Shown in pieces: positions 1-9,465 of a DNA stretch of 64,000 nucleotides. Origin of the DNA: Thermoplasmatota archaeon (lineage in GTDB: Archaea; Thermoplasmatota; JAKEGO01). Within the stretch, counting starts at the first letter, position 1. Every line of letters starts with the position of its first letter. The translations under genes and the position numbers were made by a program. The notes under the pieces are model-generated. The model made no database searches, was not told the DNA's origin, and worked only from the letters and a program-made list of their open reading frames with translations. The DNA is taken from contig JANQNK010000020.1 in the NCBI GenBank assembly GCA_028279595.1, forward strand, positions 32,001 to 96,000. Direction: 5' to 3'.

Positions 1-2
1 CC

Positions 3-809
3 GACGATGAGGAGCCAGAACCCAGGGAGGGCGGCATCAAACCGATCCCCCGGCGGACCTCGGACCTTCCAGTATGGAAGACGCGGTCGGGTCTAGCCGG
101 TATATTCCTTGTCATAGTTTTCATCCTGGCGCTGGCCCAGGCAATGATGATGATCGCAGCGGACGATGGTCCCGCCGAGGGAGGCGGAAGGGCCGACATC
201 CTCGGCACCGTCGTCGACACCGAGGGCTCGAAGGTCGTTGGGGCGATAGTCACCCTCGACGGGGGCGAGGTCGCCTACACCGACGGGAGCGGCTCGTTCT
301 ATTACGACAGCGTCAAGACGGGGGACCACACCATAGCCGTCGACGCGGATGGATACGAGACGTCCAGCTGGAGGACGACCGTATCTGGCTCGAACCGGTA
401 CGTCGTGATCACCGTGGGTCCGGTCGAGCGGAACGTCGACGACACCAGCGACCTCGAGAGGAGGGACAGCAGCATCCCCATGATAGCCCTGATCTTCGTT
501 CTGTTCGGAGGGATCGCCTTCGTCGGCGGCGTCTTCGCCCTGCGGGGCCTTGGCAGGACGATACCGATGATCGGAGCGGTGGCAGGGATGGTCTCCATCG
601 GTCTGTTCGCCGGAACGGTCCTCGCCGTCCTCGCTCTCATACTGCTGATATTCTCCGAGAAGGAGTTCGTCGAGATCCACAGGTGCGCGGCGTGCACCGG
701 GGTCATCGGCGGGGACCATACCTCCTGCAGCCAATGCGGTGCCGAGTACCACCCCGCGTGCGCCCGCGGCGAGGGCGAATGCGTCGTCTGCGGTAATGCC
801 CTGAGGTGA
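3..809 (+). CDS. Membrane protein (5' truncated): TM, carboxypeptidase-regulatory-like beta-sandwich, TMs, C-terminal C4HC3 RING/PHD-like zinc finger
   Basis: Frame of ORF 144..809 is open back to nt 3 and includes a TM (LAGIFLVIVFILALAQA); GTVVDTEG..GAIV..TDGSGSF..V.TGDHTI.V.ADGY fits CarboxypepD_reg; C-x2-C-x10-C-x2-C-x4-H-x2-C-x6-C-x2-C at 684-791. Confidence 0.7.
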   Translation, partial: DDEEPEPREGGIKPIPRRTSDLPVWKTRSGLAGIFLVIVFILALAQAMMMIAADDGPAEGGGRADILGTVVDTEGSKVVGAIVTLDGGEVAYTDGSGSFYYDSVKTGDHTIAVDADGYETSSWRTTVSGSNRYVVITVGPVERNVDDTSDLERRDSSIPMIALIFVLFGGIAFVGGVFALRGLGRTIPMIGAVAGMVSIGLFAGTVLAVLALILLIFSEKEFVEIHRCAACTGVIGGDHTSCSQCGAEYHPACARGEGECVVCGNALR

Positions 810-813
810 GCAC

Positions 814-1533
814 TTGTACGACGCAAGGTACAAGGTGCGGCGGATATCCCTCATCACCCTTTTCATAACGTTGATCGTAAATGCGATTTTCTTCCTCGCT
901 CCGCTCAGCGAGCCGGCGGACTCGGTCCACCTCGGCGAGGAGGGCGGTGCGAACATCGTCGACCAGAGCGAAAAGTTCGACGACATGAACCCGTTCGCCC
1001 GGTCCGTCTACCTGTTCGGCGACGCCACCTGTCATCAGAAGGCGAGCAGGTCGTTCTTCATCAACGGGAACCAGATGCCCGTCTGCGCCCGGGACGTCGG
1101 GATATACCTCGGACTCACGCTCGGTGTACTGGTATTCATGGTCTTCCCCCGCAGGTTCTCGATGTGGTGGCTTGCGATCGTGATAGCCCCCTTTGCCATA
1201 GACGGGATGGTCCAGCTCGTGACGGCATACGAGAGCAACAACGCCCTCCGGCTGATGACTGGCAGCATGTACGGCGGTATAATCGGAGTCTTCATCCTCA
1301 TGTCCATCAACGAGATCTACGACGTCAGGCTGAAACTGTTCGGACCGGAGAGATGGCTTCGGAGGAAATTGAGGATGCCCGAAAAGCCACCTGTGCTGTA
1401 CCAGTACAGGCCTCGGGAGCCGGAACGTCGCGAGAGGCCGTCCTCCGATGAGAAGCGGCCGCAGGCCGGACGAAGGAGGCGTGACCCTCCCCGCAGGAAG
1501 GGACCGGCCGGTCCCCGGACCGGGAAGGAATGA
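814..1533 (+). CDS. DUF2085-type membrane protein
   Basis: CHQKASRSFFINGNQMPVCARDVGIYLG signature; DG..QL....YES.N..R..TG motif; several TMs. Confidence 0.8.
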   Translation: MYDARYKVRRISLITLFITLIVNAIFFLAPLSEPADSVHLGEEGGANIVDQSEKFDDMNPFARSVYLFGDATCHQKASRSFFINGNQMPVCARDVGIYLGLTLGVLVFMVFPRRFSMWWLAIVIAPFAIDGMVQLVTAYESNNALRLMTGSMYGGIIGVFILMSINEIYDVRLKLFGPERWLRRKLRMPEKPPVLYQYRPREPERRERPSSDEKRPQAGRRRRDPPRRKGPAGPRTGKE

Positions 1534-1546
1534 GTTCTGAGAACTG

Positions 1547-1755
1547 GGATGTGTCCCGGCACTAACGGAGGCTTTCATCGGACGGTCTCCCGCTCTCGGC
1601 CACCTGACCCGCGCCGGGACTGTGTGGCGCAGGGGTTGGACCGTCATCATGCACGGGATTGTCCCAGTCAGACGGGGACCCATTTACTACGCCCTGTAGC
1701 CCCGCACTTGCCGCGAGAATCACGGATCATCCCGCTCTCCGAGGCGAGGCGGGCA
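1547..1755 (-). ncRNA. Multi-hairpin archaeal H/ACA guide RNA (pseudouridylation guide)
   Basis: Three consecutive hairpins on the minus strand, each followed by ACA (1695-97, 1621-23, 1550-52); K-turn boxes CTGA/ATGATGA in the middle hairpin; 10-bp basal stem in the 3' hairpin; TATA-like TATTAATA at 1773-1780. Confidence 0.75.
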
Positions 1756-1830
1756 TCGATTCGGAACGTTCGTATTAATAGGTGTCGATTGCCGACCAGT
1801 ATCCCAAAGTGTTAAATCGTCACCCTGCGA

Positions 1831-4422
1831 TTGCCAAACATGTTGGGACCCCAGCACGTGTTCGTCATGCTCCTGACCGTTATGATGATATCCATCGGAA
1901 CCGCGAGTGTGGAAGCCGATGAGGTGTATGATGAATACGATGTCTCGTTCGATAGTCCCACCTCCGTCACGGTGGAGTGGGAATGCTCCATCCAGCTCCT
2001 TACGGTCGATTCCTCGTTGCGTGACTGGGAGAACATCAAGTCAGAGAACCTCCAGGAGAATGCCTCCAGGATAGTGTTCGACAGCGCCAACCTCACCGCG
2101 TCCCGTTTCTACCTCTTCAGCCAGATATCCAACGGGACCGTGACCTGGGACGAGGATGTCATATCCTGCACCTTCACGATCACCCTTGGCAAGCGGACCT
2201 GGGCACTTGACGAGTACGACGTAGTCTCGATGGACGATGTCGTCGACGCCGCCCTCGAGATGGGCGGGAACGTCAGCATCTGGACCACGATCTGGGTCGA
2301 GGGAGAACACCACGCGAACGTCACCTTCGGCGTTGATTCCCTGGGAGACGATACCGGTGGGTCAGGTGCGTACATCATACCCACAAGGTACGTGAACAGG
2401 ACGGTGAACGCCCTCTCCGGTCCCAGGCAGTGGAACCGGTACTACGGGATCATGGGAAGGGGAGGAGTACAGATCGAGGACCCCTTCATCGACGCGGACA
2501 TCTACATGCCATCGATGAAGCTATACGAGCTCAACGGGACGGTCTCCTACGGCACCATCGACCTGTGGGACTACGGGATCGAACTGCCCGACACCATCAA
2601 CCTGACATCGATGAACGCCGGCGGTGTGCGGATCCTGGTGAACAACGGACTTGCCAATTGGACGGACATAATCGACGACGTCGCGGACGAGCTCGTCTAC
2701 GGCGGCATCGACATCGAGCGGGCCATCCGGGAAACCTTCAATAGCGATGGGTCGATAGCGGTCGATTTCGACCCGGATTCGATAGCGACCGTTCCGTACA
2801 CCAGGGGTCAGCTCGCGGCACAGGGGCCGATAGAACTGGACCTGCACAGTGCCGATGACGCACAGCTCTTCAACGAGGATGATGAGACATTGATGGGATT
2901 CCTCAACTCCGGGGCCAGGACCCGAATGGGGACCAATGCAGACCTCTCCGGATACGACTACAGGTTCATGTTCCGGGCTCCTTACGGGATCATTGCCGAA
3001 CCCGAGCTCGGCGAACAGGTCGGGAACTTCGCCAGGTGGAACGGCTCCGGATTCCTGAACACGTCCATGTGGTTGAGTTCGACCGATGCCCCTGGCGTCA
3101 TCCAGAACGACACGAACGTCATGATCGACATCGACATGAGCGACATATCCCTCCTCGGGATGAAGATGAACTACGAGTTGAACGCCGAGGGCCGCGTCAG
3201 GTGGATGCTCCTCGGACACGACCTCCGGAAGGGCGTCCCGCGGGACATGGAGATCGAGTACGTGAGCGCCGACCTCATCCGGATGATGTACGGGAAGGGC
3301 CTCATCAACGAGGAGGACATCGACAACATAACCCGCGAGATCCGCGAGGGCCTCGAGGAGGATAGCCCGTTCTCAGCGGGCATGGAGATCGAGGTCACGG
3401 GCTATGACGGCGAGTGGGACATCAACGACATGGACGGCCGTCCGGCCGTCGTTTTCACGATATACTCGAAGGGGGAGATGGGTCTCAGGGGCGGCGAGAA
3501 CGTCCTCCTGAACATGATATCGGTGCCCATCGAGTTCGAGCTCGCCTCTGTCGAGGGCTGGAACACGACATACAGTATATTGCTTCCCGAAGGCCTATCC
3601 GTGGCGAGCGTTGAGGTCTCCGACGGGGAGGTCACCAAGTCCACCGAGGGATTCAAGCACAGGGTAACCATCCGGATCCCCAGGGACGTCGAGAGCGTCA
3701 CCGTCAAGCTCAAGCTCAACGTGGGAATGATGTTCCTGATCAGCCAGTTCTGCATGTGCTTCCAGGGACTGCTCCTGATCGTCGTTCTCCTCGTCCTGGT
3801 CAAGGTCTGGAAGTACGTAAAGGAGAGAAGGGCCGAGAAGAAGGACGACGAGCTCATCGCCAAGGGACTGAAGGCGAAGGCAGCCATCGCCACCCTCAAG
3901 GCCGCCAAGGCCGCCGAGGAGCGGGGAGAGGAGCCTCCCGAGAAGGGTCCGCCTTCCGAGGATGATGAGGAGGTCGAGTTCAAGGAGGACGTTCCGGAGG
4001 AGGAACCCGAGGAGGAGGTCCCGCCGGAACCGGTCGAGCGGCGTCGGAGGCGGAGACCTGAGCCACCGGTCGAGGAACCCGAACCTGAGCCTGAGCCCGA
4101 GCCAGAGCCGGAACCCGAACCATCCGATGAACCCGATGAACCGCTTTATGAAGATGAGGAGCCAGAACCTCCCGCGGAGCCGGAACCTACCGCTGAAGCC
4201 GGAGGGCCAGCGGTGATGGGGAGGCCGGGACCTCAGACACCGGACCCCGAGGCGGTCAAGGCTGCCAAGGGAACCCCTCCGCCGGTGGCACCCGCCAAGT
4301 CCGATGTGGAGGAGGATGTCGAGGACGGACCGGAGGAAGAGGAGGCTCCCGAAGACGGATCCGACGACGAGGAACCGGCGGACGAGCCAGATTCCATCGA
4401 GGACACCTCGGAATGGTCCTGA
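1831..4422 (+). CDS. Large secreted, membrane-anchored hypothetical protein with acidic Pro/Glu-rich cytoplasmic tail
   Basis: Signal peptide, ~600-aa domain with many N-x-S/T sequons, TM near aa 640-660, then EPEPEP low-complexity tail; no family recognised. Confidence 0.7.
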   Translation: MPNMLGPQHVFVMLLTVMMISIGTASVEADEVYDEYDVSFDSPTSVTVEWECSIQLLTVDSSLRDWENIKSENLQENASRIVFDSANLTASRFYLFSQISNGTVTWDEDVISCTFTITLGKRTWALDEYDVVSMDDVVDAALEMGGNVSIWTTIWVEGEHHANVTFGVDSLGDDTGGSGAYIIPTRYVNRTVNALSGPRQWNRYYGIMGRGGVQIEDPFIDADIYMPSMKLYELNGTVSYGTIDLWDYGIELPDTINLTSMNAGGVRILVNNGLANWTDIIDDVADELVYGGIDIERAIRETFNSDGSIAVDFDPDSIATVPYTRGQLAAQGPIELDLHSADDAQLFNEDDETLMGFLNSGARTRMGTNADLSGYDYRFMFRAPYGIIAEPELGEQVGNFARWNGSGFLNTSMWLSSTDAPGVIQNDTNVMIDIDMSDISLLGMKMNYELNAEGRVRWMLLGHDLRKGVPRDMEIEYVSADLIRMMYGKGLINEEDIDNITREIREGLEEDSPFSAGMEIEVTGYDGEWDINDMDGRPAVVFTIYSKGEMGLRGGENVLLNMISVPIEFELASVEGWNTTYSILLPEGLSVASVEVSDGEVTKSTEGFKHRVTIRIPRDVESVTVKLKLNVGMMFLISQFCMCFQGLLLIVVLLVLVKVWKYVKERRAEKKDDELIAKGLKAKAAIATLKAAKAAEERGEEPPEKGPPSEDDEEVEFKEDVPEEEPEEEVPPEPVERRRRRRPEPPVEEPEPEPEPEPEPEPEPSDEPDEPLYEDEEPEPPAEPEPTAEAGGPAVMGRPGPQTPDPEAVKAAKGTPPPVAPAKSDVEEDVEDGPEEEEAPEDGSDDEEPADEPDSIEDTSEWS

Positions 4423-4520
4423 GGCCGTCCATTCCCATTGTTCGGCCCGAAGGACAAACTATTAATAAAGGTCCCCGATATGACCGTGTCCATCAGTCCA
4501 TTCGAACGGAGGAAGGGTAC

Positions 4521-4706
4521 TTGAAGTACACGCGATTCGAGAATGCCAGGATCATAGGCGCCCGCGCGCTCCAGATCTCGCTCAACGCCCCTATTCTCCT
4601 CGATATCCCCGATAACCTACTCGACCCACTGGCCATTGCCAGGATGGAGTTCGAGGCCGGCCTGATACCGATCACCACGAAGACCCGTACCGCCAAGGAG
4701 GCGTAG
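4521..4706 (+). CDS. rpoK: DNA-directed RNA polymerase subunit K (Rpo6)
   Basis: YTRFENARIIGARALQISLNAP...A..E...G.IP; TTG start at 4521 after GGAGGA. Confidence 0.95.
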   Translation: MKYTRFENARIIGARALQISLNAPILLDIPDNLLDPLAIARMEFEAGLIPITTKTRTAKEA

Positions 4707-4707
4707 G

Positions 4708-5310
4708 ATGACCGAAGACGACCTGTTGGTTCCAGAGAACGTATATCTCACGTCCGGCACGCATATTGGTACTCAGCAGAAGAGCGCTGACATGCTGCCC
4801 TTCATTTTCAAGGTGCGTGACGACGGCCTGTATGTGCTTGACATCAAGGAGACCGACCAGAGGATACGGATGGCTGCGGACTTCATATCGCAGTACGACC
4901 CGAAGAACGTCCTCGCGGTCGCCGCCCGCCAGTACGGCCAGAAACCGGTGAAGACCTTCGCCGACAACACTGGCATCCGGGCCATCCCGGGTCGTTTCAT
5001 CCCCGGAACCCTCACCAATCCCTCTATCAAGACCTACCAGGAGCCGGAACTGATCGTCCTTTCGGACCCGGCCACCGACACCCAGCCTCTCAACGAGGCG
5101 ATATCCATTGGGATCCCGGTCATCGCACTGTGCGACGCCAACAACGAGACCAAGTACGTCGACATGGTGATCCCGACGAACAACAAGGGGCGAAAGGCAC
5201 TCGCTCTGGTGTTCTACCTGCTGACACGCGAGGTCATGCTCAGTCAGGAGCGGATCTCCAGCCCCAGCGAGTTCGTCATGGATATCGAGGACTTCGAATC
5301 CCAGTTGTGA
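4708..5310 (+). CDS. rps2: 30S ribosomal protein S2 (uS2)
   Basis: YL.SGTHIGTQQK, GRFIPGTLTNP, IPTNNKG motifs; follows rpoK as usual in archaea. Confidence 0.97.
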   Translation: MTEDDLLVPENVYLTSGTHIGTQQKSADMLPFIFKVRDDGLYVLDIKETDQRIRMAADFISQYDPKNVLAVAARQYGQKPVKTFADNTGIRAIPGRFIPGTLTNPSIKTYQEPELIVLSDPATDTQPLNEAISIGIPVIALCDANNETKYVDMVIPTNNKGRKALALVFYLLTREVMLSQERISSPSEFVMDIEDFESQL

Positions 5311-5319
5311 GATGACCAG

Positions 5320-6084
5320 ATGCAGTTGTCCGTGCTCGCCAGCGGCAGTAACGCCAACGCAACTGTCGTCGTCGAGGATGGGCATGCGCTCGTGATCGAC
5401 TGCGGCCTCTCAGCCAGGGAGTTCTTGAAACGTCTGCACGGGGAGTTCGGAGAGGTCGACATCGATGCCATTCTCCTGACGCATGAACATTCGGACCATC
5501 TTTCCGGAGTGCGCCCGCTGGCCAGGAAGACCGGGACACAGCTCCATTCCGTGGCTGCGACCCTGGAGAAAGCTACGGGGACGGGTAGCCTGGAGGGCGT
5601 GGAGACCCGCGAGGTGGTCCAGATGGAACGCACGGAGATCGGTCCGTTCGTCGTCACCCCGATACCCGTCTCCCACGACGCCGTCGACCCGGTCGGATAC
5701 AGGGTCGAGTCCGGAGGAAAGGTAGTCACGGTGTCTACCGATCTCGGCTACGTCAACGACGAGCTGCGGGAGAGCCTGGTGGACAGCGATGTGGTCGTCC
5801 TGGAAGCCAACCACGACCTGGAGATGCTCCTCAACGGGTCATACCCCATCCATCTGATCGAGAGGATCGTCGGGATGAGGGGCCATCTGTCCAACGAGGA
5901 TTCCGCCGGAGGTATCGCCGAGGCCGGTCCGAGCGTGGCCTTCCTCGCCCACCTGAGCCAGGACAACAACACCCCCCAGAAGGCTGAGGCGACGGTCATC
6001 GAGACCCTCGAGGAAAGGGACGTCCAGACCGAGGTCTTCCTGACCTACCGGGACAGGGCAACGAAGGCCATTGACATACCCTGA
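5320..6084 (+). CDS. MBL-fold metallo-hydrolase (YycJ/WalJ-like)
   Basis: LASGS.AN, IDCG, THEHSDH, SHDA, TDLG, EANHD, GHLSN, AHLS..NN. Confidence 0.9.
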   Translation: MQLSVLASGSNANATVVVEDGHALVIDCGLSAREFLKRLHGEFGEVDIDAILLTHEHSDHLSGVRPLARKTGTQLHSVAATLEKATGTGSLEGVETREVVQMERTEIGPFVVTPIPVSHDAVDPVGYRVESGGKVVTVSTDLGYVNDELRESLVDSDVVVLEANHDLEMLLNGSYPIHLIERIVGMRGHLSNEDSAGGIAEAGPSVAFLAHLSQDNNTPQKAEATVIETLEERDVQTEVFLTYRDRATKAIDIP

Positions 6085-6186
6085 TTTCGACATCCGACGA
6101 ATTAAACGACAATTCTAATATACCCAATCGACCATATTTCGACACCGGACCAGCCATGGGCATCGGTCCGGCATGAGGTGATGATA

Positions 6187-7128
6187 ATGGCGAACGAAGG
6201 TTACGGCAAGGTTATCCTGTTCAACGAGCATTTCGTCGTCTACGGGATCCCGGCCATCGCATCGGCGGTGGACAGGAGCACGACCGCGACGGTGGAACCC
6301 TGCATGACGTCATGCGGGGGAGAGTTCATTCCGGGTGTGTATCTCGAGGACCAGAGGCCCGAGACCCCGGGTTACAAGGAGAGCAAGATCGACCAGCAGC
6401 GTGATTCCATCAGGTACATGCTCGAGGCCATGGACCTGGACCCGACGCCGAAGCCGATAAAGGTGACGCTCGGCGGGGAGCTCATGTGCGCGAGCGGGAT
6501 AGGAGCCAGTGCGGCATCCTGCACAGCGATGGCCCGTGCGCTTTCCGATTTCTACAGCCTCGATCTCGACGACGACAGGATAAACGAGATCGCATACCAG
6601 GGCGAGAGGGGCTACCACGGCACGCCCTCCGGCATCGACAACACGGCCGCGACCTTCGGCGGGCTCATCTGGTTCCGCAAGGAACCGCCCACGATGGACA
6701 GGATGAAGATGCCCCAGCAGGTCGAGGTGGTCATGGGCAACACCGGAAAGGTGGCGGACACGACCGCAGCCGTGGCCGGCGTCCGCGAGAGGCGTGAGCA
6801 GAACCCGGAGAAGTACGGCGCACTGTTCGACGAGGCGTCCGAGATGGCAGCGACCGCCCGTGAAGCCCTCAACGCCGGCGACCTGGAGAAGGTCGGCAGG
6901 CTCATGGACGAGAACCACAGGCTCCTGCAGGAGATCGAGGTCTCGAGTCCCGAGCTGGACCTCCTGGTGGACGTGGCTCGGGCCAACGGCGCCCTCGGCG
7001 CCAAGATGACCGGAGGCGGGCTCGGCGGAAACATGGTCGCCCTGACCCCGGGGAAAGAGCTCCAGGAGAAGGTCGCGAAGGCGATCGAAGCCGAGGGTTA
7101 CGCCGCACTCAGGACCAGGATCGGATGA
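6187..7128 (+). CDS. mvk: Mevalonate kinase
   Basis: GKVILFNEHFVVYG.PAIA, GHMP loop SGIGASAA, HG.PSGIDN, GAKMTGGG.GG; start could be 6178-6187. Confidence 0.92.
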   Translation: MANEGYGKVILFNEHFVVYGIPAIASAVDRSTTATVEPCMTSCGGEFIPGVYLEDQRPETPGYKESKIDQQRDSIRYMLEAMDLDPTPKPIKVTLGGELMCASGIGASAASCTAMARALSDFYSLDLDDDRINEIAYQGERGYHGTPSGIDNTAATFGGLIWFRKEPPTMDRMKMPQQVEVVMGNTGKVADTTAAVAGVRERREQNPEKYGALFDEASEMAATAREALNAGDLEKVGRLMDENHRLLQEIEVSSPELDLLVDVARANGALGAKMTGGGLGGNMVALTPGKELQEKVAKAIEAEGYAALRTRIG

Positions 7129-7139
7129 GGTGATCGGAT

Positions 7140-8450
7140 ATGAAGCTTAGACCGTTTCTTGAGAGGTTGGAGGAGAAAGGTGAATTGCTACGCGTGACCC
7201 GGGAGGTCGACGCGGAATACGAGATCGCCAACGTACTGAACTCGCTCGGCGAGAGGCCGACGATATTCGAGAACGTGAAGGGTTACGACATGCCGGTCTT
7301 CGGCGGGATCTGCGCCCATCGCGACTCGATTGGCGAGGGAATGAGTACGACCAAGGAGGGTATACTCGGCAAGCTCGTCGACGCCCTGCGGAACCCCGTC
7401 GAACCCGAGATGGTCACCGACGCTCCATGTCAGGAAGTGACCATGGACCCGGTCGACGTCGGGAAACTGCCGATACTCACACATCTTCCCGGCGACGGCG
7501 GACGCTACATGAGCGCCTCCGTCTGCATACTCAAGGACCCCGAGTCCGGAAGGAACGTCTCCTATCACAGGATGATGCAGCACGGTCCGGACAGATTCAC
7601 TGCCAGATTGATCAAGAAGCGTCAGACGAGGACGACCTACGACAAGTCCGAAGAGGATATCGAGTTCGCCATCTGCCTCGGCAGTTCCATTCCAGTACTG
7701 ATAGCCGCCTCTCTCGGACCTCCGTCCGGTGTGGACGAGCTCTCCATTGCCAATGCGATCGCGCCGACCGAACTCGTCAAGTGCAAGACCAAGGACCTCG
7801 AGGTCCCGGCGGACACCGAGATCGTCATGGAGGGCCGTATCACACGCGATGTTGGAGCGGAAGGACCATTCGTCGACCTCACCGAGACCAGGGACTTCGA
7901 GAGGCAGGAGCCCTTCGTAGTCATCGACGCCATAACCCACAGGAAGGACGCCATGTACCAGTGCCTCCTGCCCGGAAGGCTGGAGCACAAGACCCTCATG
8001 GGGATGCCGAAGGAACCCACGATCTACGACGAGGTCTCCAAGGTGGCGGACTGCAAGAACGTCTATGTTAACATGGGCGGCGGTTCCTGGCTCCACTCCA
8101 TAGTCCAGATCAACAAGAAGACCGAGGACGATCCCAAGGCTGCCATCGAGGCCGCATTCAAGGGCCACGGCTCGATGAAGCACGTCTGGGTGGTCGACGA
8201 GGACGTCGACATCTACGACCCGGTCTCCGTCGAATGGGCGATGGCGACCCGCTTCCAGGCGAGCATCGACATGTACGTCTGGGAGAAGCAGCCGGGCAGT
8301 TCCCTGGATCCAAGCGGATTCCACGAACCGGGCAAGAAGACCCAGGTGGACAAGGTCGGGTTCGACTGCACCAAGAGGAGCGACATCGACCCGGCCAAGT
8401 TCGTCAAGGTCGAGTACGGGGAAGTCGACACCGATGATTACGTCAGGTGA
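7140..8450 (+). CDS. UbiD-family prFMN decarboxylase, probable anhydromevalonate phosphate decarboxylase
   Basis: NVSYHRM, VPA.TEIVMEG, EGPF.D, VVDEDVD...VEWAMATR; clustered with mvk, AcnX and ubiX. Confidence 0.9.
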   Translation: MKLRPFLERLEEKGELLRVTREVDAEYEIANVLNSLGERPTIFENVKGYDMPVFGGICAHRDSIGEGMSTTKEGILGKLVDALRNPVEPEMVTDAPCQEVTMDPVDVGKLPILTHLPGDGGRYMSASVCILKDPESGRNVSYHRMMQHGPDRFTARLIKKRQTRTTYDKSEEDIEFAICLGSSIPVLIAASLGPPSGVDELSIANAIAPTELVKCKTKDLEVPADTEIVMEGRITRDVGAEGPFVDLTETRDFERQEPFVVIDAITHRKDAMYQCLLPGRLEHKTLMGMPKEPTIYDEVSKVADCKNVYVNMGGGSWLHSIVQINKKTEDDPKAAIEAAFKGHGSMKHVWVVDEDVDIYDPVSVEWAMATRFQASIDMYVWEKQPGSSLDPSGFHEPGKKTQVDKVGFDCTKRSDIDPAKFVKVEYGEVDTDDYVR

Positions 8451-8751
8451 GGGCCGAACGAGGGTCTGGCTCGAGGTGACCGAGGTCGGAGAGGACATCG
8501 TTATCACCTTAGGTGGTGGAGAGAGGTCTCACATCGGCGGAGTCGTTCTGAAGGTACCAGATGAAGAGGTCAGGACAATGCCCATCGGGACACACCGTGA
8601 CCTCGAGGTACTGATCCCCCTTGCAGAGGCTGCATACGAGAAGTACGGTAAGTCGATCGTCGTGGTCGGAGGGATCCATATCGATGACGCGACGAGGGAA
8701 GAGATCCTGGAGATAGTGGAGAACTGCAAGGACCTGGCATCCCAGCTCTGA
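8434..8751 (+). CDS. LpdD-like (PAC4-like) putative prenylated-flavin chaperone
   Basis: GEDIV..LGGG...HIGGV, HRD, VVGGIHIDDAT.EEI pattern; overlaps the ubiD stop. Confidence 0.7.
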   Translation: MITSGEGRTRVWLEVTEVGEDIVITLGGGERSHIGGVVLKVPDEEVRTMPIGTHRDLEVLIPLAEAAYEKYGKSIVVVGGIHIDDATREEILEIVENCKDLASQL

Positions 8752-8765
8752 TCTGAAGTGAGAAC

Positions 8766-9389
8766 ATGGAGACCATCATCCGGACGTTCGATGAGGGTGA
8801 CCTCGAAGAGGCATCCACCATAATGGCTGAATCGTTCGAGGCGAAGTTCACCAGGCTGGCCGACCTGTCGGTACCCGAGATCGCTGAACTTTCGGTCCAT
8901 CTCGGGATATCCTATCCGAGACCATTCCACGGGTACCTGGTCGCCCAGACGGGGGAGTCCGTTTCCGGCGTCATCGTGCTCAAATGGAAGGGGCAGGACA
9001 GACTGTCGATGCCCATGAGATGGCGAAAGGCCAGGAAGTTAGGGTTATGGAACGCGGTCAAGACACTATTCGGGATGATCCTGCTCGATACGTCCCCCAA
9101 GGCCGGGGAATGCTACATCGAGCATGTTGCCGTCTCGAGCGAGCACAGGGGCATGGGGATCGGGACGATGCTGATCGAGGAGGGTGAACGGATCGCCAGA
9201 CGGTCTGGTCTTCCCCTCTATTCACTGTATGTGGCCGAGTCCAATGAGGGAGCGGTAAGGCTCTATCAATCCTTGGGCTTTTCCATCGATAAAAGGGTCA
9301 AGAGTTGGCTCACGAAACGGATATTCGGAATTCCGGTCTGGTACAGGATGGTCAAGGCCCTCGATCAGGAGATAGACGATCGCCGATGA
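8766..9389 (+). CDS. GNAT N-acetyltransferase
   Basis: YIEHVAVSSEHRGMGIG motif A; N..A..LYQSLGF. Confidence 0.9.
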   Translation: METIIRTFDEGDLEEASTIMAESFEAKFTRLADLSVPEIAELSVHLGISYPRPFHGYLVAQTGESVSGVIVLKWKGQDRLSMPMRWRKARKLGLWNAVKTLFGMILLDTSPKAGECYIEHVAVSSEHRGMGIGTMLIEEGERIARRSGLPLYSLYVAESNEGAVRLYQSLGFSIDKRVKSWLTKRIFGIPVWYRMVKALDQEIDDRR

Positions 9390-9465
9390 CCCAGTCGGCG
9401 ATTCACAAAATATATAACCATCCTGCGCCACTGACGGGATTACCGCTCAAATGGGGGATAGAAGC

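Noticed and set aside
1540-1760. SRP RNA, RNase P RNA or hammerhead as the identity of the structured RNA
   Set aside because: Their core motifs are absent; the hairpin-ACA and K-turn layout fits H/ACA better
4060-4200. Short tandem repeats (GAACC/GAGCC units), also at 38940-39040 and 47520-47860
   Set aside because: They encode EP/Pro-rich linkers; no constant repeat-spacer structure, so not CRISPR
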